A stretch of DNA of 64,000 bases from an uncultured Acidobacteriota bacterium. Lineage in GTDB: Bacteria; Acidobacteriota; Blastocatellia; RBC074. Location of the stretch: assembly GCA_963796275.1 (NCBI GenBank), contig CAWCKY010000004.1, positions 992,001 to 1,056,000 on the forward strand. The letters are read 5' to 3'. Made by a program: the position numbers and the translations under genes. Shown here in pieces: positions 8,382 to 18,948 of the stretch. Numbering within the stretch: position 1 is the stretch's first letter; every line of letters begins with the position of its first letter. Below the pieces are notes generated by a model. The model saw only the letters and a list, made by a program, of their open reading frames with translations, ran no database searches and was not told the DNA's origin.

Positions 8382-9602
8382 ACTTCAAAACCTGACCCAT
8401 CCGGAAGTACAAAAGGTCTGAGGGCCAGTCGGATGGCGGTTCTGACGGCATTTTTCGTAATGGGCGGGGCATTCGCCAGCTGGGTAGCGCGCATACCGGC
8501 GATCCAGCAAAGGCTGGCGATGAATGAAGCCGTGCTGGGCGTCGTGCTGCTGGGGATAGCGCTGGGGGCTTTGTTGGGAATGCCACTGACTGGCGGGCTG
8601 GCGGCGCGCTTTGGCAGCCGCCAGGTGACAAGATGGGCCGCGCTGGCTCATTGTGCCGTGCTGATGCTGCCGGCGCTGATGCCGAATCCGGCCTGGTTGT
8701 TGTGGGCGCTGATCCTGTTCGGAGCGAGCGGGGGTATCATGAATATCGCGATGAATATGCAAGCCGTCGCCGTTGAGGGACGCTATGGGCGCCCAATCAT
8801 GTCGTCGTTTCACGCCTGCTATAGCCTGGGAGGAATGATCGGTGCTTATGTCGGTGGCAAGGTGGCGGCGCTGGGCATCAGCCCGCAGCTACATCTGGTC
8901 GGCGCAGCCGTTATTCTTGGAATCATTGGGATGAGTGCGACACGGTGGCTCTTACCATCGTCGATTGACCGTCTGGGCCAGGAGGCTGATCCCGCGGCGA
9001 AGGCGCCGAAATTCTCATTGCCGACGCGCGCCGTGCTGGGTCTGGGTGTGCTGGCCACTTGTATCATGCTGGGCGAAGGTTCGATGGCTGACTGGGGTAC
9101 GGTCTACCTGCGACGTGTGCTGGGCGCGAGTGAGACCACGGCCGCCAATGGTTATGCGGCTTTTTCGCTGATGATGGCTGCGGGAAGGCTGGCGGGTGAT
9201 TGGGTGAATCAAAGGCTCGGTGCGGTTACACTGACCCGCTGCGGTGGAGCGATGTCAGCTGCGGGACTTGGGGCAGCGCTGCTGCTGGCTGATCCGACGA
9301 TTGCACTGATCGGATTTGGTTGTGTGGGAGTCAGTCTGGCGGCGCTGGTGCCGATAGTCTACAGTGCTTCAGAACGTCAGGGGCTGGCTCCAGGGGTTGG
9401 CCTCGCTTCGGTAAACACGATGGGATATCTCGGATTTCTCAGCGGTCCTCCGATGATCGGTTTGGTATCCGAAATGACCTCATTGCGATTCGGATTGGGG
9501 CTCGTGGTGGTCGCGAACGCTATGATTATATTGCTTGCGCGAGCGGTTAACAGGGAGGGTCTTATCGAGACGAGAAGAGAATTGGCCGAGCTCGCACATT
9601 AG
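8367..9602 (+). CDS. MFS transporter (YbjJ-like)
   Basis: About 12 hydrophobic segments, GGLAARFGSR motif A-like loop, PIMSSFHACYSLG and EGSMADW. Confidence 0.9.
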   Translation: MQERATSKPDPSGSTKGLRASRMAVLTAFFVMGGAFASWVARIPAIQQRLAMNEAVLGVVLLGIALGALLGMPLTGGLAARFGSRQVTRWAALAHCAVLMLPALMPNPAWLLWALILFGASGGIMNIAMNMQAVAVEGRYGRPIMSSFHACYSLGGMIGAYVGGKVAALGISPQLHLVGAAVILGIIGMSATRWLLPSSIDRLGQEADPAAKAPKFSLPTRAVLGLGVLATCIMLGEGSMADWGTVYLRRVLGASETTAANGYAAFSLMMAAGRLAGDWVNQRLGAVTLTRCGGAMSAAGLGAALLLADPTIALIGFGCVGVSLAALVPIVYSASERQGLAPGVGLASVNTMGYLGFLSGPPMIGLVSEMTSLRFGLGLVVVANAMIILLARAVNREGLIETRRELAELAH

Positions 9603-9644
9603 ATACAGAGCTCAACCGGGTCCCCCGACCGCCTGCGACTTTTT

Positions 9645-10409
9645 ATGCTGACTGCTGAACGTAAACAAATCATCCTTGAAAGACTACGCCGCGATGGCAA
9701 GGTGCTGGCGTCGGAGTTGAGTAAAGAATTCGAGATATCAGAAGACACCATCCGGCGCGATCTGCGCGACCTGGCGGCGGCAGGCATGCTGCAGCGCGTT
9801 CACGGCGGGGCGTTGCTCAAGCCTCCGATTGCGGCGACCTATGCCGCGCGGCAGAAACAATCGACGGGAGCGAAGGTTGCGATTGCGAAGGCGGCGGCGG
9901 CGCTGGTGCGCAACGGCCAGGTGATCTTTCTGGATGGCGGCACCACAACGTTGCAGGTCGTACAATATCTACCCCAAGACCTTCGAGCAACGATTGTGAC
10001 CAACAGCGCCCCGCACGCGATTGCGCTGGCCGAACATCCTTCGGTAGATATCATTCTGATCGGCGGGAAATTTCTGAAGGAAGGATTGATTACCGTAGGA
10101 ATGGAAATGTTTGAATCGTTCAATCATATCAAGGCCGATCTGTGCCTCCTCGGTGTCTGCAGTCTGCATCGCGAAATCGGCATTACAGTTACGGATCTGG
10201 AAGAATCACAGCGTAAACGCGCCATGATCAACGGCGCAGCTGAGGTCGTCGCGCTGGCCACGGCCGAGAAACTGGAAACCGCGTCGCCGTTCGTCGTGGC
10301 TCCGTTGAAAGAACTGACCTATCTGGTGACAGAACAGTCTGCAAACACTCGTGTTCTGAAGCAGTATGAAAAACTGGGGATCACGGTAGTGAAGGCATCA
10401 GACCGATGA
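9645..10409 (+). CDS. DeoR/GlpR family transcriptional regulator
   Basis: SEDTIRRDL..RVHGGA HTH; IFLDGGTT and TNS sensor-domain motifs. Confidence 0.95.
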   Translation: MLTAERKQIILERLRRDGKVLASELSKEFEISEDTIRRDLRDLAAAGMLQRVHGGALLKPPIAATYAARQKQSTGAKVAIAKAAAALVRNGQVIFLDGGTTTLQVVQYLPQDLRATIVTNSAPHAIALAEHPSVDIILIGGKFLKEGLITVGMEMFESFNHIKADLCLLGVCSLHREIGITVTDLEESQRKRAMINGAAEVVALATAEKLETASPFVVAPLKELTYLVTEQSANTRVLKQYEKLGITVVKASDR

Positions 10410-11053
10410 ACGACTCAAAGAGGGCGATTGTATTCGATCTCGGTGGCGTGTTGATAGACTGGAATCCGCGCCACCTTTACCGCAAGCTTTTTGATGATGA
10501 AGCAGCGATGGAAAAGTTCTTGTCGGAGATCTGTACTCCGCACTGGAATGAACAGCAAGATGCTGGGCGGCCTTTTGCGGACGCGGTGAAACTTCTGGTT
10601 GCGGAATATCCACCATACGAAAGCTACATCAGAGATTTTTGGGATCGCTGGCAAGAGATGATCGGCGGCGAGATTGAACCGACGGTGGCCATCATGGCTG
10701 AATTGAAGGCTGCGGGATATCCGCTCTATGGGTTGAGCAACTGGTCAGCGGAAACTTTTGCGCGGACGCGCCCGATGTTCAAGTTCTTTAACTGGTTTGA
10801 ATATCTGGTGATCTCGGGCGAAGTCAAACTGATCAAACCTGATCCGCGCATCTTTGAGCTATTGCTGAGCAAAATCGGCCGGCCCGCTTATGAATGTGTT
10901 TACATCGATGATTCAGCAGCGAATGTGTCGGCCGCTGGGAAACTCGGTTTTGAGGCGATCCATTTCAGAACGGCAGAGCAGTTGCGAAAAGACCTGGCCG
11001 GATTGGAGATCTCTTCAGTCTCACCAAGAGCGATTTCTCCGATTTACCCCTAA
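10406..11053 (+). CDS. HAD family phosphatase (YihX-like)
   Basis: VFDLGGVLID, LSN, KPDPRIF and YIDDS motifs; ATGA overlap with the DeoR gene. Confidence 0.92.
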   Translation: MNDSKRAIVFDLGGVLIDWNPRHLYRKLFDDEAAMEKFLSEICTPHWNEQQDAGRPFADAVKLLVAEYPPYESYIRDFWDRWQEMIGGEIEPTVAIMAELKAAGYPLYGLSNWSAETFARTRPMFKFFNWFEYLVISGEVKLIKPDPRIFELLLSKIGRPAYECVYIDDSAANVSAAGKLGFEAIHFRTAEQLRKDLAGLEISSVSPRAISPIYP

Positions 11054-11263
11054 CCAGATGCAAACGACCTTAGAAAAATACAAGACTATTTCTCTATCCG
11101 GTGACTTAATTAAAGTAGAACAATGCTCAAGATAGCTTTGAATCATTCCGGCCACATGTATCGCCTGAAGAAAGTCCACAACGGCATTCTCAGCTAAACG
11201 CTCGAACATAATCTGCTTAGTACAGCAGAGGGAATGGGATTCGCCAATGAATCGGAGGATGGA

Positions 11264-14200
11264 ATGAACACAAAAACATCGTCTCAGTTAATACTGCAGG
11301 CTATCGTAATTACCGCAGTCATGATTGCGCACGCAAGCACGGTTTTAGCGCAAAACACAACGACAGGAATCCGCGGAATCGTACGCGATCAAACAGGAGC
11401 CGTGGTCCCGCAGGCCGCGATCAAGCTGACGGATAACGCCACCGGGATCGAGCACACGACCGTCTCTTCCAGCGATGGCGGGTTCTTGATCCCCAATTTG
11501 CAATCGGGCACTTACAAGATGACCGCGTCCGCCGCGGGCTTCCAAGCCGCGGCTTTTCACGCGATAACCGTCGATTCAGGCCGGACCACCAACGTCTCGA
11601 TCGATCTGCAGGTCGGCGTCGCGTCGGAGGTGGTGCAGGTGACGGCGAGCGATGCGCGGCTCGACACGACATCGAACGAGATCGGCACGACGATCAACAA
11701 CAAGCTGGTTCAGAACTTGCCCTACAGCGGCCGCGAAAGCCTGAACTTCGCTGTACTTATGGCAGGCAATTCGCAAGCCAATTCGGAACGCAACAGCACG
11801 TTCAACGGTCTCCCCAATGCTTCGCTCAACATCTCGCTCGACGGCATGAACAACAATTCACAGCGCTTCAAAAGCGGCGGTACGAGTTTCTTCGCTTTCG
11901 CTCCGGCGCGGATCGATGCCATCGAAGAGGTGACTGTTTCGACAACCGGGCTGGGCGCGGAGGCGGGAGGTCAAGGCGCTATGCAGATTCGCCTCACGAC
12001 CAAGCGCGGAACCGAGAATTATCACGGACAGATTCTCTATCAGATGCGCAATGAAGCTCTCAACGCGAATACGTTTTTCAACAACCTGTCGGGACGGCCG
12101 CGCAACAGGGTGCGCGAAAACGACGCGGTCGGATCCATCGGCGGCCCGTTGCTGCCGTTCATTCCATATTTCAAAAAGAAGCTGTTCTTCTTCGCTTATT
12201 ATGAAGCCGTTCCGCAACCGGGCACGCAAAATTCATCGACCAGTGTGCTATCTCCTTTGGCGCAACAGGGTATCTTTACTTATATCGGAACAGACGGTAA
12301 GAAATACAGTCCGAACCTGCTGGCGATAGCCGGCGAACACGGTCATACAAACACAGTTGATCCCACCATTGCCGGTATCCTGAGCTCGATCAATGACACC
12401 CGAGCAATGGCCGCCGGCTTTCTCCCTATCGCCGGAATTCCGTCCGAATTCCAACAGACAATGCAGTGGACACAGGCACCAATACCGAGACTTATTACCC
12501 AACCGTGCGCCTGGACTATCACATTACCCCGGCTGTCGCGTGGCACGGCACCTGGAATCTGAGGAATAACAAGATCGCTGGTAGACCGTCCTATCCGGGC
12601 AATCCCTATTCCTTCGCGCCAAACGAAACTCCCTACCAGATCACGACATATGTGGCTACCAACGCAGTGGATTGGACGATCAGGCCGAATCTGGTCAACA
12701 ACACAACATTCGGCATTCAGAGCAATGGCGAATACTTCACTAAAGGCGCTGAACCTCAACAATATTCCGTTTACGGAAACCGAATCTTAAACTTTCCGAC
12801 GATAAACAACGTTCCGTTGATCGCCCCATTCGTTCCGGGCTCCGGCCAGCAGCCGTCTATTCGAAATAATCCCGTCTACCAGCTCACCGACAACCTGAGC
12901 TGGGTCAAGGGGCGCCACACCCTGACTTTCGGCGGCACAATGCTGCACACAACCTTCTACGATACGTCCTATGGCAGCGCGGGAGTGCCGCAATACGAAT
13001 TCGGAGTGGTAGCGAGCGATCCGATGAACCAATTCCTCAGGACTAAACTGGAAAATATCAACACCAATAACAACGATATCAACAATGCGCTCAATCTCTA
13101 TGCGCTGCTCACGGGTCGAATCACCAGCATCAACGTTTCAACGAATGTGGACGAGATGTCGAAGACATATAGCCAGTTCGCTCCGGTCACGCAGCGCTTC
13201 GCCTTCACCACCGTCGGCGTTTACGCGCAGGACAGTTTTCGCATCAACCCGGACCTCACGCTGAACTTCGGATTGCGATGGCAATTCGACGGCAGCATTC
13301 ACAGCACCAACGGTATCAATTCCATGGCTGCCGGACCGAACTTCTATGGGCCATCCACCGGGCTCTTCCAGCCGGGAGTATTGAGCGGGGTCACGAATCC
13401 GGGCTTCGTCCAGGTATCAAATCCTTATAAACGCGATTTCGTGAATCCGGCTCCCAATTTCGGCTTCGCGTGGAATCCATCCGGAGAAAAGGGTCTCCTG
13501 GGTAGGCTTTTCGGAGATCGTAAAACTGTCATCCGCGGCGCTTACTCAATCACTTTCTATAATGAGGGGATGAACGCCATCTCCAACGTGCTCTCGGGAG
13601 GTCAGGGTACAAGGCAGAATGGCTCGGTTACGAACGGCACGAATTTCACGGCGGGAGAGCTGGAGCTGCGTATGCCTGCGCCACCGATCAGGGTCTTCCC
13701 CGATACATTCAGTTTTCCTATAGCGCAGTCCGCATTCGCGACCCCGCAAACAGGCAACTTCGTCAATCCGAATCTTGTATCGCCATATACGCAGAACTGG
13801 ACCCTTGGTATACAGAGGCAACTCACGCGGAATATGGTGCTCGAACTCCGGTATGTCGGTAATAAGGCCACTCACATGTGGCACCGCCAGAATCGCCAGG
13901 AGACCAATATTTTCGAGAACGGTTTTCTCGATCAGTTCAACCAGGCGAAGCGGAACCTCGATATCAACGAAGCAATCTTAAGAGTGCCGACATTTGCCAA
14001 CAACAACCTGCCCGGTCAGGCTTCGATTCCTATTTTCGAGGCCGCCTTCGGAAAGCTGGGGATTCAGAATACAGTCGCCAACAATCAGGGTTTCGGTTCC
14101 GCGACATTTATCCAGAATCTGAAGCAAGGCACTGCAGGTACGCTGGCAAATACCCTTGCTACCAATAACACCTATTTCTGCCGTCTGGTGGGGAACAATC

Positions 14201-15105
14201 TCCCCGCCTGTGCAACCGCCGGTTTCAACACACCCGGCATTTACCCGATCAACCTCTTTCGCGCCAACCCATTTGTAGGCAACCTCGATTACCAGGACTC
14301 GAATGGCGATTCCAATTACAACGCGATGCAGATCGATCTTCGCCACCAATACGCCAATGGGTTGCTGCTCGGCACCAACTATACCTGGGCGCATTCCCTG
14401 AGCGACATCCTGAACCGTGATGATCAAGCTGCCGGGTATACCTGGTACACACTGCGCAATGCCCGTCTCAATTACGGGCCGACGCCGTTCGATCGCCGGC
14501 ATGTCTTCAACCTCTTCTGGACCTACGATCTGCCTTTCGGTAAAGGGCGGAAGTTCGGTGTCGCCAACCCCGTCATCGATCGGGTCATCGGAGGCTGGAC
14601 GCTCGGCGGACGCGAGTCGATTGCGTCCGGCGATCCGGTACTACTCAACGGCGGCCGCAACACAGTCAACAATCTCACACAAGCCGGTGTGGTCTTCGGC
14701 GGCGACCTCACTCCGCAGCAGTTACAGAAAGCGTTGAGCTCGGTGGCGGGTGACTTCTCCCCCACCGCGCTCATCTCAAACATAGCGGAGATCGCGACGA
14801 TCAGCAGGAATACGAATTCCAGTCAGGTCAACGCTGCGCTCTACGCTCCGGCCTCCACACCGGGCCAGTACGCCGCGTTCGTCTATCTGCGCAACAACAC
14901 CAGCTTCCAATTTGATATGAGCGTCAACAAGGAGATCCGCATCAATGAACGAATGCGGCTGACTCTGCGAGCGGTTGCCTTGAACTTCCTGAACCATCCG
15001 TTCTTCGACCTGGGGAACACCAGTCCGACCGCCACATCGTTCGGACAGATCACCAGCGCTAGCGGGAATCGAACGGTGCAGTTGCGCGCGAGCTTCGATT
15101 GGTAG
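11264..15105 (+). CDS. Oar-like TonB-dependent receptor with carboxypeptidase-regulatory N-domain; one frameshift near 12475
   Basis: Signal peptide, GIVRDQTGAVVP, plug (DAIEEVTV..TKRGT), barrel ending QLRASFDW. ORFs 11234-12562 and 12466-15105 join if one base is restored in ACA CAG GC ACC. Confidence 0.85.
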
Positions 15106-15161
15106 GATTCAGGGAAGGATGTGTAATTTAATGGTTTGTTGGAGCCCAAGTTTTATGGACC

Positions 15162-15320
15162 TGAGGGCCAGAGGCGCTGGATATTTGTAGCATTCAAGTA
15201 CCCAAATCTCGCAGGCTCCGGAGAAGCGAGATATAGACATCCATATGTTGCTCCTCCGCCGGAGCTTGCAGGGCTTGGATGATCGATTACTATAAACATC
15301 AGGCTCATCAGGGGCCCGAT
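15162..15320. repeat. Degenerate REP-like palindromic element (family B)
   Basis: gctccggagaagcgagat...atgttgctcctccgccggagc core. Related sequences at 21901-21930, 47587-47740 and 60886-60990. Confidence 0.6.
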
Positions 15321-15384
15321 CAGAAGCTATTGATAACAAGCACCCTTAAATTGCACTCGTTCAACATATCAATCTGAAGTGTCG

Positions 15385-17070
15385 ATGAGTAAAAGTATTG
15401 CACATGTCACCATCCTCGTAACCTTCCTCGCGCTCGCCGGGTATTTCTTGCGATCGACAGGACATCAAAGTCCAACTGGACCGATCACACCGCCCATTAT
15501 GACGAGCCCTCCAGGCGCAGCCGCGGTCGAACAACGATCCCCGGGCTCACTGCCGGGAGCGGAGCTGGTGGCGAGCTTCGACGGTCTGGGTGCGGGATTT
15601 CAAGGACCGCAGGGCAGCGCGACGCTCCGCAACCCCTCCGATAACACGCTCGCCGTAGGGCCGAACCACATATTTCAGATAGTCAATACGCGAATGGCTA
15701 TCTTCACGAAGCAAGGCAAGCTATTCGAGAAAACCGGCAAAGTGCTCTACGGCCCGGTTCCGACCAATACCCTTTTCAAAGGTTTCGGCGGCACCTGCGA
15801 AGCTATCAACAACGGCGATGCGGTCGTCCGCTACGATCAGCTCGCCGATCGCTGGCTGATCGTTATGCCGATCTTCCGCCGCGGCGCTATCCGGCCTGAT
15901 CAGCCGTCTTCCGGCCGTTCCGGCGGCCCCGCGCAAGTGAGCGTGCCCGGCCAGCCGGGTCAGCCGGGTCCGGCCGCACCGCTCTTCGTCCCGCCACCGT
16001 CCGGAGCTCCCGCCCAACAACCGCAGCGTGGACAATCCACCCCCCAGGGCCCGTACTCGATGTGCTATGCCATCAGCGCCGGTCCGGACCCGTTCGGGAG
16101 CTACTATCGCTATGAATTCTTGCGACCGCTCTTCCCCGATTATCCGCGCCCGGCGATCTGGTCCGATGGCTATTACATTCCTACCAGCACCGGCGATGAA
16201 GTGATTCAAAAGCATGCCTGCGTCGTAGAGCGGGCAAAGATGCTCAAGGGCGAGCCGGCTTCCGAGCAGTGCGTGATCATCGACGGCGTAAACTTCCTGA
16301 ACAATGCGGACATAGACGGCAAGGCGCTGCCGCCTCCCGGAGCGCCGAACATCATGATGGCGGCCGGAGGAACACAGTTGAAAAATGATTTCGAGGATGA
16401 CGGAATCTTCACCTGGAAGTTTCACGTCGACTGGCGGAATCCAGCCAATACGAAGGTCAGCGGCCCGGAGAAGATCGTGGTGGCACCCTATCATTATTTG
16501 TGTGGCGGCCAGCTGACGAACTGTGTTCCGCAGCCGGGCACTGAGCGGCGGCTCGATGCACAGGGAGATAAGATCATGGCGCGGGTCGTTTATCGAAGGA
16601 TCGGCGCGCGCGAATCGCTGGTCGCCGTGCACTCGGTCAATACTTCAGCGGGTAGCGGCGGCGTTCGCTGGTACGAATTCCGCGTCGACAGAAAGAGGGT
16701 CGTTCGCCTGCATCAACAGGGCACTTATGCACCCGACGGTTTTTTCCGCTGGATGGCCAGCCCGGCTATCGACCGGTTCGGCAACATCGGCATCGGGTAC
16801 TCGTTCGGTGGTGCGCCGAACTTCGCCGGGCAACGCTTCGCCGGACGCCGCACCGACGACCCGCCGGGTAAATTGACAATGCGCGAGACAATCCTGGTGG
16901 AAGGCGAGGGCGCACAGAATGCCATGCGCTGGGAGGATTACACCCAGACCGCCATCGATCCGAGCGATGATTGCACGATCTGGTACGTCGGTGATTACAT
17001 CAGGAAAGGCGAGACCAATTATTCGAGCCGGATCGGCGCGTTTCGGCTTCCGGGCTGCCGTGGGAAGTGA
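15385..17070 (+). CDS. Secreted or membrane-anchored hypothetical protein with Pro-rich insert
   Basis: N-terminal hydrophobic segment. Motifs PSDNTLAVGPNH, GDAVVRYDQLADRW, PDYP, GVRWYE and RWEDYT..DPSDDCTIWY suggest a beta-rich extracellular fold. Confidence 0.8.
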   Translation: MSKSIAHVTILVTFLALAGYFLRSTGHQSPTGPITPPIMTSPPGAAAVEQRSPGSLPGAELVASFDGLGAGFQGPQGSATLRNPSDNTLAVGPNHIFQIVNTRMAIFTKQGKLFEKTGKVLYGPVPTNTLFKGFGGTCEAINNGDAVVRYDQLADRWLIVMPIFRRGAIRPDQPSSGRSGGPAQVSVPGQPGQPGPAAPLFVPPPSGAPAQQPQRGQSTPQGPYSMCYAISAGPDPFGSYYRYEFLRPLFPDYPRPAIWSDGYYIPTSTGDEVIQKHACVVERAKMLKGEPASEQCVIIDGVNFLNNADIDGKALPPPGAPNIMMAAGGTQLKNDFEDDGIFTWKFHVDWRNPANTKVSGPEKIVVAPYHYLCGGQLTNCVPQPGTERRLDAQGDKIMARVVYRRIGARESLVAVHSVNTSAGSGGVRWYEFRVDRKRVVRLHQQGTYAPDGFFRWMASPAIDRFGNIGIGYSFGGAPNFAGQRFAGRRTDDPPGKLTMRETILVEGEGAQNAMRWEDYTQTAIDPSDDCTIWYVGDYIRKGETNYSSRIGAFRLPGCRGK

Positions 17071-17145
17071 AAGTTTTCAGTTTTAAGTTTTCAGTTTTAA
17101 GTTGGAGAAACTTGAATCAGCAACTTAAAACTTAAACTATTTCCT
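17071..17145. repeat. Heptamer (GTTTTCA/GTTTTAA) tandem repeat with inverted partner
   Basis: aagttttcagttttaagttttcagttttaagtt ... aacttaaaacttaaactatttcc; same family as 22220-22340. Confidence 0.7.
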
Positions 17146-17158
17146 GAGGAGAAAACAA

Positions 17159-18058
17159 ATGAGAGGCTCCCTGATTGCTGGGATAGTTCTTATTCTTTGG
17201 GCGACCGGAGCGATGGCACAGGAGAATGAGAAGCCATTGATCGAGGATTACGTTCGCTCGTCTATCAGCGCGCCGCCCGCACCGCTCGGCGTCGATCCAT
17301 TCTATCGAAAATATTCTGACGCACTGGGCATCTCGATTCTCAGCTCCGAGAAAGTTCCGGACGCCGCGGTACTCGTCGCGTGTGACATCGCCATCCATAT
17401 GCTTGCGAAGCGTCCCGACCTGAGGGCGGAGATGGTCAAGAAGAAGATGCGCGTCGGAGTCATGGCGCAGTCGGAGTCGACGACCGACATCCCGGAACAC
17501 CGGAACAACAAAAAGCCGGCTCCCAACGATCGACGCCTGACGCCGCAGGAGAGAGCCAATTACGACAAGCCAGGCGGAATCGGCGGTATGACCGATAAGG
17601 AGTATTGGAATAGACGAGCGCGCGGACTCGGCGGAAATCCGACAACCTGCGCGGAAGAGAATCTGCTCGGTTATCCGGGCACCCGATACTTCGGCGAGAA
17701 CATCTTCGTCCACGAGTTCGCGCATGGGATTATGGGCATCGGCATTCGAACAGCCGACTCATCGCTTTACGCGGAGATACAGGCCGCATACAAAGAGGCG
17801 ATGGCGAAGGGGCTGTGGAAGAATCATTACGCCTCGACTAATGCCAACGAATACTGGGCCGAAGGTACGCAAACCTGGTTCTGGTCGAATTATGAATACC
17901 GGGACGGAGAGAAACGCGTTCAGTCGCCCGATGACTTACTGGCTTACGACCCGCGACTGTATGAACTGCTAGGCCGCGTCTATCCGGATCACCACATTCC
18001 GATGGATGTTTATTATGGGAAGAACATACCACCGCCCCGCAGAAGACAAACACCCTGA
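17159..18058 (+). CDS. Secreted zincin metalloprotease (lethal-factor/PPEP-like fold likely)
   Basis: Signal peptide (AMA-Q), RARGLGG, IFVHEFAH (HExxH) and YASTNANEYWAEG with the third ligand Glu. Confidence 0.8.
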   Translation: MRGSLIAGIVLILWATGAMAQENEKPLIEDYVRSSISAPPAPLGVDPFYRKYSDALGISILSSEKVPDAAVLVACDIAIHMLAKRPDLRAEMVKKKMRVGVMAQSESTTDIPEHRNNKKPAPNDRRLTPQERANYDKPGGIGGMTDKEYWNRRARGLGGNPTTCAEENLLGYPGTRYFGENIFVHEFAHGIMGIGIRTADSSLYAEIQAAYKEAMAKGLWKNHYASTNANEYWAEGTQTWFWSNYEYRDGEKRVQSPDDLLAYDPRLYELLGRVYPDHHIPMDVYYGKNIPPPRRRQTP

Positions 18059-18071
18059 GCCTAATTACATG

Positions 18072-18884
18072 TCATCGCCACTCAAGAGGTGGAAGATAAT
18101 CCTTATTTTGCCCGATCACATCCCGATCGGCGTTGAAACGGCGGCCCCACAATTCATGGCTGATCGCAACAACCAGATTGCTTCCATCGTCTGAATCATC
18201 GGCGGGCGTCAACAATCGCCCCCATTCAGGCTTCACACCCAAGACGTCGAAGAAATTTCCCGAGACCAACTCGCCTTCCACGCGCTCCGCTTCCCGGCCG
18301 TCGTTTAAATTGAAAGAGCCGCCGGCTTTCACCGCCAGACCGGACATCACATTGTTGTGGTCGCGGTAATCGAGGTAGTCGGGATACGAAAACTCGCTGA
18401 AGCCTCGGCCTTCGTATGTCCGGTTTACTTGCGCCAGCCGCCCCGACTCGGTCACGCCGCGGAGTGGCTTGAACAACAAGGGGTTGATAAAACTGAAGAC
18501 CGCCGTGTTCGCTCCAATGCCGAGCGCCAGAGTGATGACGGCGATCAAAGTGAACCCCGGGTTCTTCATCAACATTCGCGCGCCGTAACGCAGGTCTTGC
18601 CAAAAGTCTGCAATCATATTCACCCTTCTGTTGTTTCCGAGAGGGATTGGCTCCTGCGTGACCCGCCACTCAACGTGCCGCAGTCCCCGTTGTAGCGTTG
18701 CGCCCTCGCTCAACTCCGCCTGCACCCGGCGCTCTGCTTCTGCTTCTGTCGTGCCGTTCGCCAACGCTTCTTCGTAACAGTCATCGAGGTGCTGTGAGAG
18801 TTCCTCGACGATCTCGGCTTCTCGTGCGGGCTCAAGCTGCAAGCGCGCCAGCCGCTGTCTGATCTCGTGTTTCCATTCAGGAAT
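18072..18884 (-). pseudogene. Truncated ADOP permease, N-terminal third
   Basis: Begins ATT-PEWKHEIRQRL (ATG changed to ATT), runs through GIGANTAVFS and part of MacB_PCD, and breaks off after DVIGQ. Confidence 0.85.
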
Positions 18885-18948
18885 CTGCGATTCCTTTTAA
18901 CTCTCCCGGTCGCGTATCGTCTGGGAGAGTGTCATCACGATTCCAACG

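Noticed and set aside
12460-12490. Programmed frameshifting or phase variation in the TonB receptors
   Set aside because: The junctions have no slippery heptamer or long homopolymer; sequencing error is the simpler explanation.
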